Shown here: in pieces, positions 25,166-37,479 of the stretch
How the letters are laid out: every line of letters begins with the position of its first letter
How positions within the stretch are numbered: the stretch's first letter is position 1
Assembly (NCBI GenBank): GCA_003427395.1
Contig: BFEA01000031.1
Coordinates: 2,607,737-2,664,162 of the forward strand
DNA length: 56,426 nucleotides
Direction of reading: 5' to 3'
From: Chara braunii
Taxonomy: Eukaryota > Plantae > Charophyceae
The notes under the pieces: generated by a model
The model's input: the letters and a program-made list of their open reading frames with translations, nothing else
Database searches by the model: none
What the model was told of the DNA's origin: nothing
Translations under genes and position numbers: made by a program

Positions 25166-26495
25166 TAGCACGAATGGGCTCGGGCAGAGCGCGAGAATAG
25201 ATATAAAGGACTTGGTTGTCCCGAAGGTTCAATCCAGAAACCTGGAGCAACCGATCTACTTTTCGCGACAGTTGTTCCACTGAGGTCCAATGTCTTTGGC
25301 CAATGGTGGTGAGCTGGTTGAAAGCCTTATCGGTCGTCATCTTGTCTAAGAAGCGTTCCTTGATCTTGCCAAGGAACTGCTTCAGGTTCATTGTGCCATC
25401 CCACTCGCCAATGTCCTCGAACCCCGCCGCATTAGCTTCGACCAGTACCCATTCTTTTGCATCGCCCCCAAGACATGAAGTAGAGAAAGCAACCTCAGAA
25501 TAAAGTTCGACTGGGGCCATTTTACAATACGTCTGAATCTCGACAATCCATAACAACAAGTTTTCATCTTTCTTGTTGCAAAATGTGAAAGACATTTTCG
25601 TCTTCACCTTTTCCTTCTTCTTCGGTTTCTCTGGTTCCGTACTTACCTTTCCTTGCGGTGAAGCTGGAGACTTTGGAGGTGGAGAGGAGGGAGGAGAAGA
25701 AGGAGGAGTGTTCGGTGAAGACGACGGTGGACTTGATCCTCCTCCATTAGACGACTTCCCCACTTCATTAGACGTCTTCTGATCCTGAGGATCAACGGAC
25801 TTCATTGCCTCACTCATCAACTTTTTAACTTGTTTATTTTCTTCCTTAACCTTTTCTTCTTTTTCTTCTACCTGATGCTTCCCTTTCACAATGTTTGTGA
25901 CAGTTCGCAATCCTACAACAATTTCGTCTAACTGACATTGCTGTTTGTTAATCTTTTCTTCCAAGAAGGTGAGGTAAGTCATGATGTGATACAATGTAGG
26001 CGTCATGTCAGTCTGTTCCTTCTCTTCTGTTACTATCACCTGTCTGATTTCGTTTACTTTCTGTTCCCGTCTCAATTCATGTTCATGTTTCCGGGCTAGT
26101 TCTTTCTTCTTCCTTTCTTTTACAACCAGCGCCTCTTTTAATTGCTGGATGTTTGCATCAATTGCAGCCTCGGTCACTTCTGGTCTGATTTTCCCTTTTC
26201 TAGATAATTTCATGGTTTCTTCCAGCTGCTTGATAGCAAATTGGTCTAGCGCCTTCCGACACTGAACTATCATTTTAGACACTTCGGTTCCGACAGCCAC
26301 GACTTCGACGACCGTAATTGCTTGCTTTAGACGGTTCTCTACCGTCTTCAAATCAAACAGATTACGAACGTGTCATTCGGCTTCCGGTCGGGACAAATGC
26401 AAATCATTCATTAGTTGGTCCCATAAAGCCAGTAACTCTTGTTTCTTTGTTTCCGCCTGTCTCATAGTCTTGGGTTCGGAAGATCCTTCACCCAT
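25166..26495 (-). pseudogene. Ty3/gypsy gag (coiled coil + capsid), 3'-truncated
   Basis: LLWIVEIQTY..AFSTSCLGGDAKEW..FLGKIKERF..AFNQL..Q..SVEQ..YSRALPEPIR retrotransposon-gag pattern; cut at 25166. Confidence 0.85.
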
Positions 26496-26969
26496 CAAGA
26501 ACGTAATTGGAAAAAGAAACAAGAGTAATTTTCACACACCAAACATTTTGGAAATCAGATTTGAGACAATATTCACAATGATGGAACAAAAAACTAAAAA
26601 GAAATACTAAAAAGGAACATATCTCTATTTATACTAATTGTTGTTCTTTTGTCTGTGTGATGACGTCTTAGTGTACAGGTACCGCATCAGGCTCGTGTGA
26701 TCAGACACAACACACAAGTAAGTACGCAAACACCACACACAGCAGCAACAAGGTAAGTATGCCAACAATCATCAACAAACAGTTTGTCAGCAACCTTTGC
26801 AACCTGCTGTGTCTCCCTGGTGCAAATGCGATGATGCACTCTCCCTGACAGCTGGCACTATGGCTGTATCAGTTCTGTGAGTTGTACCGCCTTTGCCTTC
26901 AAAATGCTCCTCTTACTTGGCAGTATCCTGCCTGCCACATGTCATCCCTAGAGTGCCAACATAGTAGGA

Positions 26970-27520
26970 CTTGCACGTCAGCACCGAGTTTCCACAATGT
27001 ACAATAGCGGGATGCCACGTCAGCAAATGTGTACTCCAACCCTTGTCACGTGCCACTTCCATGTGTCGTGTTGAAATGCTGTTGCCGTTCCAGCCAGTCA
27101 GGTCATGCCACGTCAGCCCAGGAGACTGATGCCACGTCAGCAGGTAGTCACCACCTCACGAAGACAGGTGTGATGACTTGCTTCCTGCCACGTCAGCAAT
27201 CAATCCTACTACGTCAGCATCTGCGATAGACCCTATCGCCTGTCAGCAGCAAAAGAAGTGCCACGTCAGCAATCAGCAACAAGGTCTTTGACGTGGCACA
27301 ACATATGCCACGTCAGCAGGGGATCGCGATGCCACGTCACTATCGCGATCCAGGCTGGCGTGCGGTATCTCCAGTCGCAGTCCCTACTGCCACGTCAGCA
27401 GTCTGGTAGGGATCTCTTCTCGCCAATGAAGTCAGTACCTCGTCAGCACCCCCGATAATGTCTTCTCACCAGTGAAGTATGTGTCGCGTCAGCATTCCCG
27501 ACGTATCTCTTGCCACATCA
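26970..27520 (+). promoter_or_regulatory. Array of GCCACGTCAGCA (ACGTCA hexamer / TGACGTGG) motifs in the gypsy leader
   Basis: About 15 exact or near copies in 550 bp, plus about 4 more at 28029-28130 in the LTR. Confidence 0.6.
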
Positions 27521-27608
27521 TCACCTAGTCAACACACGTGTGCACCACTCTTACATGTGCGCCACCTGGCGCGTGCACACATGTTCAATCGTCGTCATCA
27601 GGAGAACT

Positions 27609-27620
27609 GCTCCGATACCA
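27609..27620 (-). promoter_or_regulatory. Primer-binding site (tRNA-iMet type)
   Basis: TGGTATCGGAGC on minus, 3 nt after the LTR end ..TTACA. Confidence 0.85.
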
Positions 27621-27623
27621 AAT

Positions 27624-28707
27624 TGTAATGAACCTAGATCGTGAAGACAGTTGTCAACAATGCAAGTCCAGAAGAGTGTCAACCAGTTGATGATTACCAA
27701 TAGTTAAAATTGTATCCAAACAGAATGAGGTGAGACAATCATACACAGACGAAGGAGAGAGTAGGGAGATTAGACAAAGGAGAGGAGATAATTACAAGGC
27801 CCACTCCTTCTTCGGGCTCCCTCCTCGATCACCACCTCAGCAACCAATAGTCTGGACGAGTATCTGAAGTAACCTCAATGTGCCACGTGGCACGTCTAAT
27901 CAGTCCTTAATGCTGGAGCAATGTCGACATGAAGACAACCAGGTACTTATCCACGATCTCTCCAGAGTCCCGATCTCCTCCTGAATAACGATAATCAGAA
28001 CAGCAATACAGGTCCCATAGCCTCGCCTCGTCAGCAAACAAAAGAACACGTGGCAGCAGCCACGTCAGCTAACGATACACGTGGCAGCAGCCACATCAGC
28101 GACAACGCATGGCAGCTGCCACGTCAGCATGCCAGGAAGATAGGTGCAAGCCAGCCACTATGCCGGACCAGCAGCACGTCGCCAAAGTCACAATGCCGAC
28201 ATAGGCCAGCGTCCAGCCAGCGCCGCAGCATCGAACCAGCGTCGCAGTCAACGCGTGAAGTCAGCGTCAACGCAAGATAGAATGAATGAATGTCAAAGCC
28301 AGGAAGTCAGTGCTTATGTAGCCTGAATGTCAAAGCCAGGAAGTCAGTGCTTATGTAGCCTTGACGCGGGGTCTAGACTCCAGATGCCGCATCCCTCAGC
28401 CGTCCAGATCTCAATGCAAGCGAGGGCCCAGATTGGTCTGAAACCGAATTCTCCCTGGCCTGGATGCTGTCTGGGTACCTGCGCACAAACAAGTGAGTGT
28501 ATCCAACCAAGGGCCTGGGCGCGGTATCTTTGACTGTACAGTTGACTTTGACCCTTGAATTTCCATTGTGCAGCGTTTGGTCCCACAGCCAACGCAGCAG
28601 CCTCAAGTCTGGGCGTGTTTCGGTCACACAGCCCAGTGCAGACCGACTCAGGTCTGCGTTGCCTGGGGCTGAGTTCTAGGCCCCAGGCTACTTCTGAACA
28701 GGGTTAC
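27624..28707 (-). mobile_element. 5' LTR of the gag-bearing gypsy element (outer end approximate)
   Basis: Begins TGTAATG next to the PBS and ends near GGGTTAC, where a poly(T)-tailed element abuts. Internal ~37-bp tandem duplication at ~28288-28361. Confidence 0.65.
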
Positions 28708-28713
28708 TGCATN

Positions 28714-28995
28714 TTTTTTTTTTTTTTTTTTTGGTTGAAAAAACTGCCCGAACGGCTGCTAGGGATGCTGATAAGAGCAGCCACCACTAGCACTGTTGGG
28801 GAGACTCCATCTATTGGTGGGGAGCAGCACCTGCTGGAAATCGGGTTCAGCGTCCCTGTAGAGTACAGTGTATACAGTGAGAGTAATGCAAACATGGGAT
28901 GTCAGTCTCTATGAAGGGGCTGGGCTATGACCATCCCAACCTTCTATCAAACCTGTTTTTAGTGGAACCATCGAACATATTTCTGTTCTAGTGTC

Positions 28996-29052
<57 letters not shown>

Positions 29053-30150
29053 GGCCTGATTCACTATCAATTACAGTCCATCTACATGTAGCATTATGCT
29101 GGGTCTGTTACCTCATTGTTGAGAATAGCCCTGTGCTGCATGAGTTGTCGTTGAATTTGTTCCTAGCTGTGCTTCTTGTCCCACATTGTACGGAATATGG
29201 TAAATCGAGCCCCTTACACCTGTCCTCCATCCGAGCACACCCGTAAAACCCATTAAACCCATTAACCCTATGGACATCCTTATGATCCCACCCTCCCGTA
29301 GCCCAAAAATCCAATTCGTTGGTATGGGGCGGCCTCAGCCCCTCCTTGTTCCCACCCACCCATAAAACCATGTCGTTGTGTCATTGTGTCTTCACATTGT
29401 CGCATTGTCATTGTACTGTCGTTTGTAAGTATTGTCTCCAGTGCTCTGCCAACCTTCCTGCTGCGGGGAACAATCTGTTGTCTGAGAATCGATGTATAGT
29501 GGGTGCTGGCTGCATCCTCTGTCTCCGGGGAGTAGTCCCCTCTGCTGCTCCACCCATGGGAAGTCCCTGCTTGGTCGGCCTTCTGCAATGAGAGTGGGAA
29601 GCGGGTGTGGTCGGGAAGGGAGNGGAGGGAGGGTAGTGGGGCAGGATTGAAGGAGGGTTAAGNGNAGAGTTTGGAGAGGTCCAAGAGGGGAAGAGGGTTT
29701 GGAGATGTGAGGGGGATGTCAGGCCGGGAGAAGGATGAAGTTGGTCGGTTGGAATGGGAACTGAAAATGGCTTCTTGGTAATCGTTCCCATTGTGATTCC
29801 GTCAGCATCCACTGTTTCCATCGCAATAAAGAGGATGGCAGCATCGACTCTACGCTGTCTTGCGTACCTGATGGTTTCATCGACTAAGAGTATGTTATCG
29901 TGAATGTTTCCGTAGGGCATGAAGCCAAACTGATCATGGTGGATGAGATGTGAGAGATGGGGGCGAAGTCTGTTGGCCAGACTTTTGCTACAATTTTACT
30001 TTTGCCACAATTTTATAGAGGACCGGGAGGAGAGTGATGGGCCTATAGTTCCGTATGTCTTCCTTGTCCCCTTTTTTGTAGATGAGGGTTGTGATCCCTT
30101 GCCCAATCATATCCCCGAACGTCTCCTCTTTGTACACTGCGTTCCGTACC
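28714..30150 (-). mobile_element. Internally deleted LINE-like element (LINE-D) ending in module + H3 + poly(A)
   Basis: Early RT fragment 29815-30150 (GITTLIYKKGDKEDIRNYRPITLL..QFGFMPYGNIHDNILL) joined to Pro-rich non-RT sequence; module 28805-28857, H3 28757-28792, poly(T). Confidence 0.65.
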
Positions 30151-30879
30151 TTTGATCCTGATCTATTAATTCCCGCCGTGAGCAACGCTGCAAAAAATAA
30201 TAATAGTAATGATGAACAAAATGAAAAAGCAAGAGACAAATGACATAAAATAAATGACAGAAAACCTGTAAGTAGAACATGTTGAGTCTAGGCGACTCAG
30301 CGTGCTCTTGTATCCAGTAGGCTGAGACCTACTGCACAAGTGTCCTCAAGACGATATTTGAACCGTAGTGCCCGTAGCATACAGCCGACTGATATGGCGC
30401 ATATCTTCAAAAATCTGGCTGACATCCTATCGTTTCCTTGTGGAAGGCTGATAGTGCACCTAGGCAGCAAGTACTGTGAGGTGCACATAGAGAAAAGTAC
30501 CACGCGTCATGCGTTGACCGTAAGTCTGGAGCTTCCTTCCAGGTGGTAATCTTCGGACCCTTCTAGTCGTGCGGACACCCGCTGTCTAAGTCAGGAAGTT
30601 CCTTCCGTCTGGTCCCAGTCACGATAGCAGGAGGTAATCTTTTGAGTCCTTTTTTTTTCCTTTTTCCAGAGTCAAAATTTTATTACTAAGTTGGAACAAG
30701 AGGCCGGGAAAACGTCACAAACAACCCGGAATAGTAACTCTGGAGCCATTACCCACTTTCGGCTTATGCTGGAAACCGGGTCCTTTTGAGCATGACCGTG
30801 TCAGCAGCAGGACCGGTCCCTTCGGCATGGGTGATGTGCTAGGAAACCAACAAACCTGTTGAAAAGTGAGGTACTTGTG

Positions 30880-31262
30880 AAGTCACCACTTCTTAGGGGT
30901 GGGGTGGGTGGCGCTGCCCTGCAACCTAGCTAGATTGGGGTGTGAGACCGGGTAGAGGCTTGGTTGGTATACAGTATTGGCTCGGTAGAGACTGGCTGGT
31001 TGGTATGGATATCTGAGATTAGGGTTAGGGTAGTATGTGAGATCTTAGCTTCTGTTTTCAAAAAAAAAAAAAAGATCCGAGTAGATAAGCATTCTGAGTA
31101 GTCAGCATCAATCTCTAGCTTATTACCTCAAGCATCCTGAAATGTTCCTCAATCATCCCAAATTTTCATCAATCATCAATGTATTCCAGTTATAAGGGAC
31201 GCTGGGCCCGGTTCCCAGCACGTGCTGCTCCCCACGAATAAATAGGAGCATATAAAAAAAAG
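30880..31262 (+). repeat. 3' fragment of non-coding family F2 with variant-2 module (31195-31249) and A-tail
   Basis: Colinear with 47205-47609 (GCGCTGCCCTG.AACC..GGGGTGTGAGACC..CTCAATCATCCCAAATT..TATAAGGGACG). Confidence 0.75.
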
Positions 31263-31445
31263 GGGGGGGCAGACTCCACTGGCGCTATGTCAGCACTTGG
31301 GATCTTGTAGACAGGCTTACGGAGCCTGGAGCACAAGTCCACCATCTCTGGGATTGATGAGGAGGTCCCTGGCCTCCAGATTCTATTATTTTTTGTTATT
31401 ATTATTATCATTATTGTTATTATTATTATTATTATTTTATTATTA

Positions 31446-31812
31446 TTTTTTTTTTTAACTATTCTCTTCTCTCAATTTTTCCTCACGCTACCTACCTACC
31501 ACTACTCCTACCTATAGGCATACAGGGAAACCCGTAGCATGCCAGAGCCGTGTTTTTTTTACGGCCCCCGAGCCTGCAGGATACCGGCCAGGGGACGGCC
31601 GGTAGCACCAGGGATAAAGCGGACCAATCCCCCGTGCCTCCCCTCAGGTCCCTCCCCTACGAACATAGCAGACTCTGCTTGATGCCGATCGGGGGATCCA
31701 GTGGTCTATCTCTTGGGTAGCGGGTGCCAAGTAAGCCCAGGAAGGTACATGAGGGGATTGAACCCATGAACTCCTGAATGTCACTTGCGAGCCTTACCAA
31801 CTGAGCTAGGCC
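31446..31812 (-). mobile_element. tRNA-derived SINE (GGTA-tail family)
   Basis: Head GGCCTAGCTCAGTTGGTAAGG..CATTCAGGAGTTCATGGGTTCAATCCC (A and B boxes); tail CCCTGTATGCC..AGGAGTAGTGGTAGGTAGGTAG plus A-rich end. Confidence 0.75.
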
Positions 31813-32365
31813 GATTTCCAAGAAACATTCCTTCTTTTTATGTATACATATATAAAAGCTGCCTTCTCCTCATTGGGGGAAAGTCATACATTTTTCTCTC
31901 ACCTCACATCCCTAAACCTTCTAAAGGATACAGCGGTCCCACCGACAGATGCCGCCGTGGGCCCACGAGAAACGGTGGGAGGGGCCCATTCGTGTGTGCC
32001 ACGGAGGGACACGCCAAAAAAGCAAGCGGCGGGCCAAAATACGAAGCGGCGCGTGAAAAACAAGGAAACCGTAAGGAAAGAGGCGCAAGCGGAGGGGAGG
32101 GACGGGCCAAAAAAAACAGTCGTGCGGGCCGCCTCGGAGAAGCCGAGGGGGGATGGGGGGGAAGGGAAGACGTGCTGGGAAGAGTAGCGCCACATGAAAA
32201 GAGAAGTGAAGTCGCGCGCACACGAAATCACGCGGGGCTGCGTAGGCGCAAGCGGAAAGGTGGGTGCGGGGCTGGGCGTCGGGCGAGGGAGGGTCTGGGC
32301 CGACACCGAACAGCGCAGACTGCCAGCGGGTGCGGGGGCGAAACTTCGGGCGCTGGACACACACA

Positions 32366-32396
<31 letters not shown>

Positions 32397-33008
32397 NNNN
32401 NNNNNNNNNNNNNNNNNNNNNNNNNNNNNNNNNNNNNNNNNNNNNNNNNNNNNNNNNNNNNNNNNNNNNNNNNNNNNNNNNNNNNNNNNNNNNNNNNNNN
32501 NNNNNNNNNNNNNNNNNNNNNNNNNNNNNNNNNNNNNNNNNNNNNNNNNNNNNNNNNNNNNNNNNNNNNNNNNNNNNNNNNNNNNNNNNNNNNNNNNNNN
32601 NNNNNNNNNNNNNNNNNNNNNNNNNNNNNNNNNNNNNNNNNNNNNNNNNNNNNNNNNNNNNNNNNNNNNNNNNNNNNNNNNNNNNNNNNNNNNNNNNNNN
32701 NNNNNNNNNNNNNNNNNNNNNNNNNNNNNNNNNNNNNNNNNNNNNNNNNNNNNNNNNNNNNNNNNNNNNNNNNNNNNNNNNNNNNNNNNNNNNNNNNNNN
32801 NNNNNNNNNNNNNNNNNNNNNNNNNNNNNNNNNNNNNNNNNNNNNNNNNNNNNNNNNNNNNNNNNNNNNNNNNNNNNNNNNNNNNNNNNNNNNNNNNNNN
32901 NNNNNNNNNNNNNNNNNNNNNNNNNNNNNNNNNNNNNNNNNNNNNNNNNNNNNNNNNNNNNNNNNNNNNNNNNNNNNNNNNNNNNNNNNNNNNNNNNNNN
33001 NNNNNNNN
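32397..33008. other. Assembly gap
   Basis: N run. Confidence 1.
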
Positions 33009-33009
33009 A

Positions 33010-33330
33010 CATATCTTTCTTTCACTACCTACCTACCACTACTCCTAAGGCTATACAGGGGACCCCTGCAAGCATAGCTTTCTACCTCTCTTCGGTGAAG
33101 GGAGGTTACCTCTCTCGGCGGAGGGAGGTAGCAGCATGTTTGCCCCCTTTGCCCTAGTGTTTAGGGTGCATGTTTGGGGGCGCCGGTGGGGTCCCGGTTA
33201 ACACAAGGACCGGGCATTTGTCAGTAACTGTGCCTCCCTTTTCATCTTCCCCCACCAACATTAGAGTCACAGTAGTGTCTCAAGCCAACACTCTCCCACA
33301 CGCAACCCACTCACACACGCACTCACATCC
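33010..33330 (-). mobile_element. 5'-truncated copy of the tRNA-SINE
   Basis: Reverse complement of 33630-33930. Confidence 0.75.
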
Positions 33331-33351
33331 ATTTTCTTGTTCTTGTTTTTT

Positions 33352-33386
<35 letters not shown>

Positions 33387-33481
33387 TGTGTGGAAAGGGG
33401 GGGGGAGAGGGAACGTTCTTGTTTTCCAATTTCTTTTCCCAGCATCCTTTTCTGTAACCAAAAATGGTGAAAGGATCCAGC

Positions 33482-33950
33482 GTCCTAGCTCAGTTGGTTA
33501 GGCAGGCAAGTCGCATTCAGGAGGTCATGGGTTCAGTCCCCATAAACGCGTGGGCATGCTTGGTGCCAACCAACCGAGATAGTCAGCTGGATCCTTCTGC
33601 TTGGTATTCATAGGGTCTTTCGCCAACGAGGGTGTGAGTGCAAGTGTGTGGTGTGTAGGAGAGCGTTGGCCTTAGACACTGCTGGTATTCGATGGGGGTG
33701 GGGGAAGATGAAAAAGGGAGGTGCAGCTACAGACAAAATGCTCTGTTTTTGTGTTAGCTGGGCCCCCACTGCGGCCCCAACCCTGCACCCTAAACCACTA
33801 GGGCAAGGGGCAACATGCATCCCCTTTCATTTTTTTTTTATTTTTTTTTTTGAGAGGCAAAAAGCAATCTTTGCGGGGCTCCCCTGTATAGCCTTAGGAG
33901 TTGTGATAGGTAGGTAGTGGAAGGTGAATTTGAGAGAATTTGAGAGATGG
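33482..33950 (+). mobile_element. Full-length tRNA-derived SINE
   Basis: GTCCTAGCTCAGTTGGTTAGG..CATTCAGGAGGTCATGGGTTCAGTCCC head; CCCCTGTATAGCCTTAGGAG..AGGTAGGTAGTG tail. Confidence 0.8.
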
Positions 33951-34150
33951 TGAAAGGATTTGAGTGAGATTGGAACTGGAAGCTCTATGCCACAGAGGGG
34001 CGAGTGCCCTGAATCATTTCCAGAATCAGAATACAAGAGCCACAGTCTAGCATAGTCTGCCACATGGATGACATCTCAGGCTATACTGACACTGCCAGTC
34101 GTGTCTGTGAAAATGGACTTCTCTACTACACAATTGGTTTTAACATGTAT

Positions 34151-34232
34151 AGGGACGCTGGACCCCATTTCCAGCAGGTGCTGCTCCCCACCAATAGATC
34201 GAGCCTTCAATTTAAAAACAAAAACAAAAAAA
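34151..34232 (+). repeat. Pseudoknot module + A-rich tail (no H3)
   Basis: AGGGACGCTGGACCCCATTTCCAGCAGGTGCTGCTCCCCACCAATAGATCGAGC. Confidence 0.85.
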
Positions 34233-34946
34233 GAATCTAGTGTAAAAAAAGGGGAAAAAAAAAAAGGTGAAAAGTTATGAATTGGCCAGGTCAAGATTGG
34301 AGGCCCGAGACGTGAAGGAGGTCTATCAGAACGTACCTTTTGCAGTCAGAAAGAATATCTTCATCTGCACGTGGCTTTTCGTGATGCATGCATGTACGTT
34401 CTGACGGGGCTACTTCTGGGATTTCCAAACTCAAACGGGCCATTGCAGCGCCTTCCCCAGGAAATGGAGGCTGTGGGGCCCAACATCCAAGGTGTTTTTT
34501 TTTTTTTTTTTTTTTTTTTGGGTTAGCAAGAAAAGTCCACGGTCATGATCGTGTGTGTGACTGTAAGTGCCATCTGCATCCGCATACTTCAACTTTTTAA
34601 TGGTTGAATCTGTGTGCCACCTTTTTTTTTTTTTTTTTTTTTTTTGGCGGTAGGCGCACCCTCCCCAAGTGGGCTTTCTGGTTGCTTTCATGCTAAAAAT
34701 AGTGTGTGCTGGGAACTTCCTGAGATTGGAACTGTACGAAGAATATTAGCATGGTCTCTGGATGAGGATGGCATAATATACATAAATCAGCAAAACTCCA
34801 ATCATCCAATGCTTTCGAAAGAAAAGGGCAAGAGATCCCCATACTGTCCATTATGTTGGTGTAGAGGGTGGTGGAATGCCTGCGTGGGAAGAAATCACTT
34901 CTGTCCAAAACCCTGGGGAAATAGCATACAAAGAGAAAAGAAAAAA

Positions 34947-35140
34947 TTAAACCACCAGTACTTGGCCCTTACAAGGGCCGTGAGGCGTTTTCATGCAGGC
35001 ACCGCAACTGTCGGGGCTCAGCCTCCAAAAAGCAAAATGGCTGGCGGTGCCAGCCAAAAATGAGGTCGCGCCGGCTCATTTTTTTGGGCGCGCAGGGCAT
35101 TTCAAGGGTTGGAGGAAAGTGCCTCCGAAGTGCTGGTGAT
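34947..35140. mobile_element. MITE related to 15778-15955
   Basis: TTAA-ACCACCAGTACTT ... AAGTGCTGGTGAT imperfect TIRs. Confidence 0.4.
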
Positions 35141-35243
35141 TTTTTTTTATTTTTTTTTGCTATATTCTTCTCTCAAATCTTTCATCATATTTCAAATTCT
35201 TTCAGTTCACGTTTTCACTACCCTACCTAGTACCTACCACTAC

Positions 35244-35390
35244 TTCTTTTCTTTTTTTTTTTTTTTATACAAAAAACAACCCAAGTGAATGCTAGCGGTG
35301 CTGATACGAGCAGACACCGCTAGCATGCTCGGGGAGGCTCCATCTATTGGTGGGGAGCAGCACCTGCTGGAAAGCGGGTCCAGCGTCCCT
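35244..35390 (-). repeat. Pseudoknot module + H3 + poly(A)
   Basis: Module 35336-35390, H3 35289-35326, T-tract to the left. Confidence 0.85.
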
Positions 35391-36622
35391 TGACATTTTA
35401 AAGTGTTTGTGTTTGTTATGGAGATATTCGAGCTCATATGGGCAAGCCACGTGTCCTGCTAATCATCGAAACCGACACGTTGGCACTCCNGACACCCGAT
35501 NAGCAGCATTGATTGCCCTCAACTGAGGGGATTAACTGCCCATCCAAATCCAAAATCATATCCCTACTCTAAATTCCTCATCATCTACCACATGATTCGT
35601 TAACGTGCCATGAGGAAGAGAGGTAGTCAGCAATAGGGANGATAGAAATTCAATTAACGCAACCCCCCATCGAAACCTTCAACCGTCATTCTTTGCCTAC
35701 TGAACAGCACCTCGATCGATAAGGAAGAGGGGTNATCAAAAGAGGCNGTAGTTCATGCAAATTCATCTCGAAAGGGAGGTAGGTAGCCACGTGGCAGTTC
35801 ACGACAGATTCCCCGCCACCTGCTCAATCCTGTATTCGAAAGATCGCACAAGGCCTAGGTTACCGTATTCGATTGCCCTCTTGACAAACTTGAATAGTCA
35901 CGCAACCCTAAGAGGGCACGATAAGACCAAATTCTCGCGCGCTGCCCTGTGCGACCCAGTTATCCAAGGCAACCCTATCCCACCCCCACTCGCCACCATC
36001 CAACTTCCCTCTTCGCTGCACTATCTTCCTGTTTCCCAAGCCTTCCCATCACCCACCCCTCACGCCCAGAGCCCTGATCAACCCTCAAGAAAGACCAGCA
36101 AAGAGAGAAGGAAAGGTGAAGAAAGGGGGAGAGAACCTGCCCAGCTGTTTTGTTGATGTCGATACTGTTATGCAATCAGACTCGTTTTCAAACACACTTT
36201 TCACACATGTAAACAGTAACGCAGCACACTGGCGACATGCGCCCACTCAAAACTCAGAGATATGGTTTTCATATACGAGTTCACTCCCAATTGGCTATGG
36301 CGACCTCAGCGCACAAACATCTCACTGTTCACATACACTGGATCACCCTGGATATCCCACACGCATCACTCTAACACTCGAGCACACACACACACTCACT
36401 ACTAACTATAGCTATGGCAGCTATGGCTGCCTCTAGCCTATCGCTATGCTAACTCCTCCTCTCTTGCCCACTGCATCCTCCGGGCTCATCTGCAGACCTC
36501 CTTGCACAAGTCGCTGTGGCAGCGCTTCCGCATGGCTCACGCAGGAATGAATGAATGGCTGGGCACTGCCTCTTGATTTATACTTCAGAAATTCGTTGGT
36601 CTGCCCTTTGCCATCGGCCCTT

Positions 36623-36972
36623 NNNNNNNNNNNNNNNNNNNNNNNNNNNNNNNNNNNNNNNNNNNNNNNNNNNNNNNNNNNNNNNNNNNNNNNNNNNNNN
36701 NNNNNNNNNNNNNNNNNNNNNNNNNNNNNNNNNNNNNNNNNNNNNNNNNNNNNNNNNNNNNNNNNNNNNNNNNNNNNNNNNNNNNNNNNNNNNNNNNNNN
36801 NNNNNNNNNNNNNNNNNNNNNNNNNNNNNNNNNNNNNNNNNNNNNNNNNNNNNNNNNNNNNNNNNNNNNNNNNNNNNNNNNNNNNNNNNNNNNNNNNNNN
36901 NNNNNNNNNNNNNNNNNNNNNNNNNNNNNNNNNNNNNNNNNNNNNNNNNNNNNNNNNNNNNNNNNNNNNNNN
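36623..36972. other. Assembly gap
   Basis: N run. Confidence 1.
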
Positions 36973-37107
36973 CTACTTACCACTGGCTATCGTGCAGGTC
37001 ACGGGTTCAACTCCAGGGAACTGTGCAGATACTGTACACAGGTAAGCTGAGGTCAAGGGATCGACCCCTGGGATCTGCATCGGCTACTGCCAAAGGTGAA
37101 AACTGTT

Positions 37108-37422
37108 TCAGTTATTGCAATGATAATCAATGCAATCGATGGCGTTCCCGATCATGCTACCGACAACTATGCTGTTATTGTTATTGTTGTCACAGCTATT
37201 ATCATCATACCTGATGTTGTTGTTCCCACCAGTGAAAACAACACCAGCACAATCACTGTTGTCATCGTTCTCGTCCATACGATTGTTGTCATCATCATTG
37301 TTAACATCGCTTTTGTCTGTACTGTTGTTATTATCGTTGTTGTACATGAAATCAGCGTCGCCTTGCGCCACAAACAGCGTAAACCCGTCGTCGATATTAC
37401 TGAAATTGAAGACGCTGTCGTT

Positions 37423-37479
<57 letters not shown>

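Noticed and set aside
16683-28707. A single intact LTR retrotransposon spanning LTR-gag-pol-LTR
   Set aside because: The two flanking LTR-like units share no sequence, gag is cut by a new TG terminus at 25165, and there is no PPT or TSD.
28757-28857. Hammerhead ribozyme (CTGATAAG..GAAA..TC) on the plus strand
   Set aside because: The core is not CUGANGA, the flanking pairing exists in this copy only, and G-U patterns favour structure on the opposite poly(A) strand.
31019-31030. Telomeric TTAGGG repeat
   Set aside because: Only two units, inside an F2 fragment whose homolog lacks them.
31785-33157. Long ORFs across N runs (also around 36623 and 52278)
   Set aside because: Artefacts of translating assembly gaps.
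33482-33545. Functional tRNA genes (also 14271, 31755-31812, 38965-39023, 50728)
   Set aside because: A/B boxes are present but acceptor and anticodon stems do not form, and most are attached to SINE bodies.
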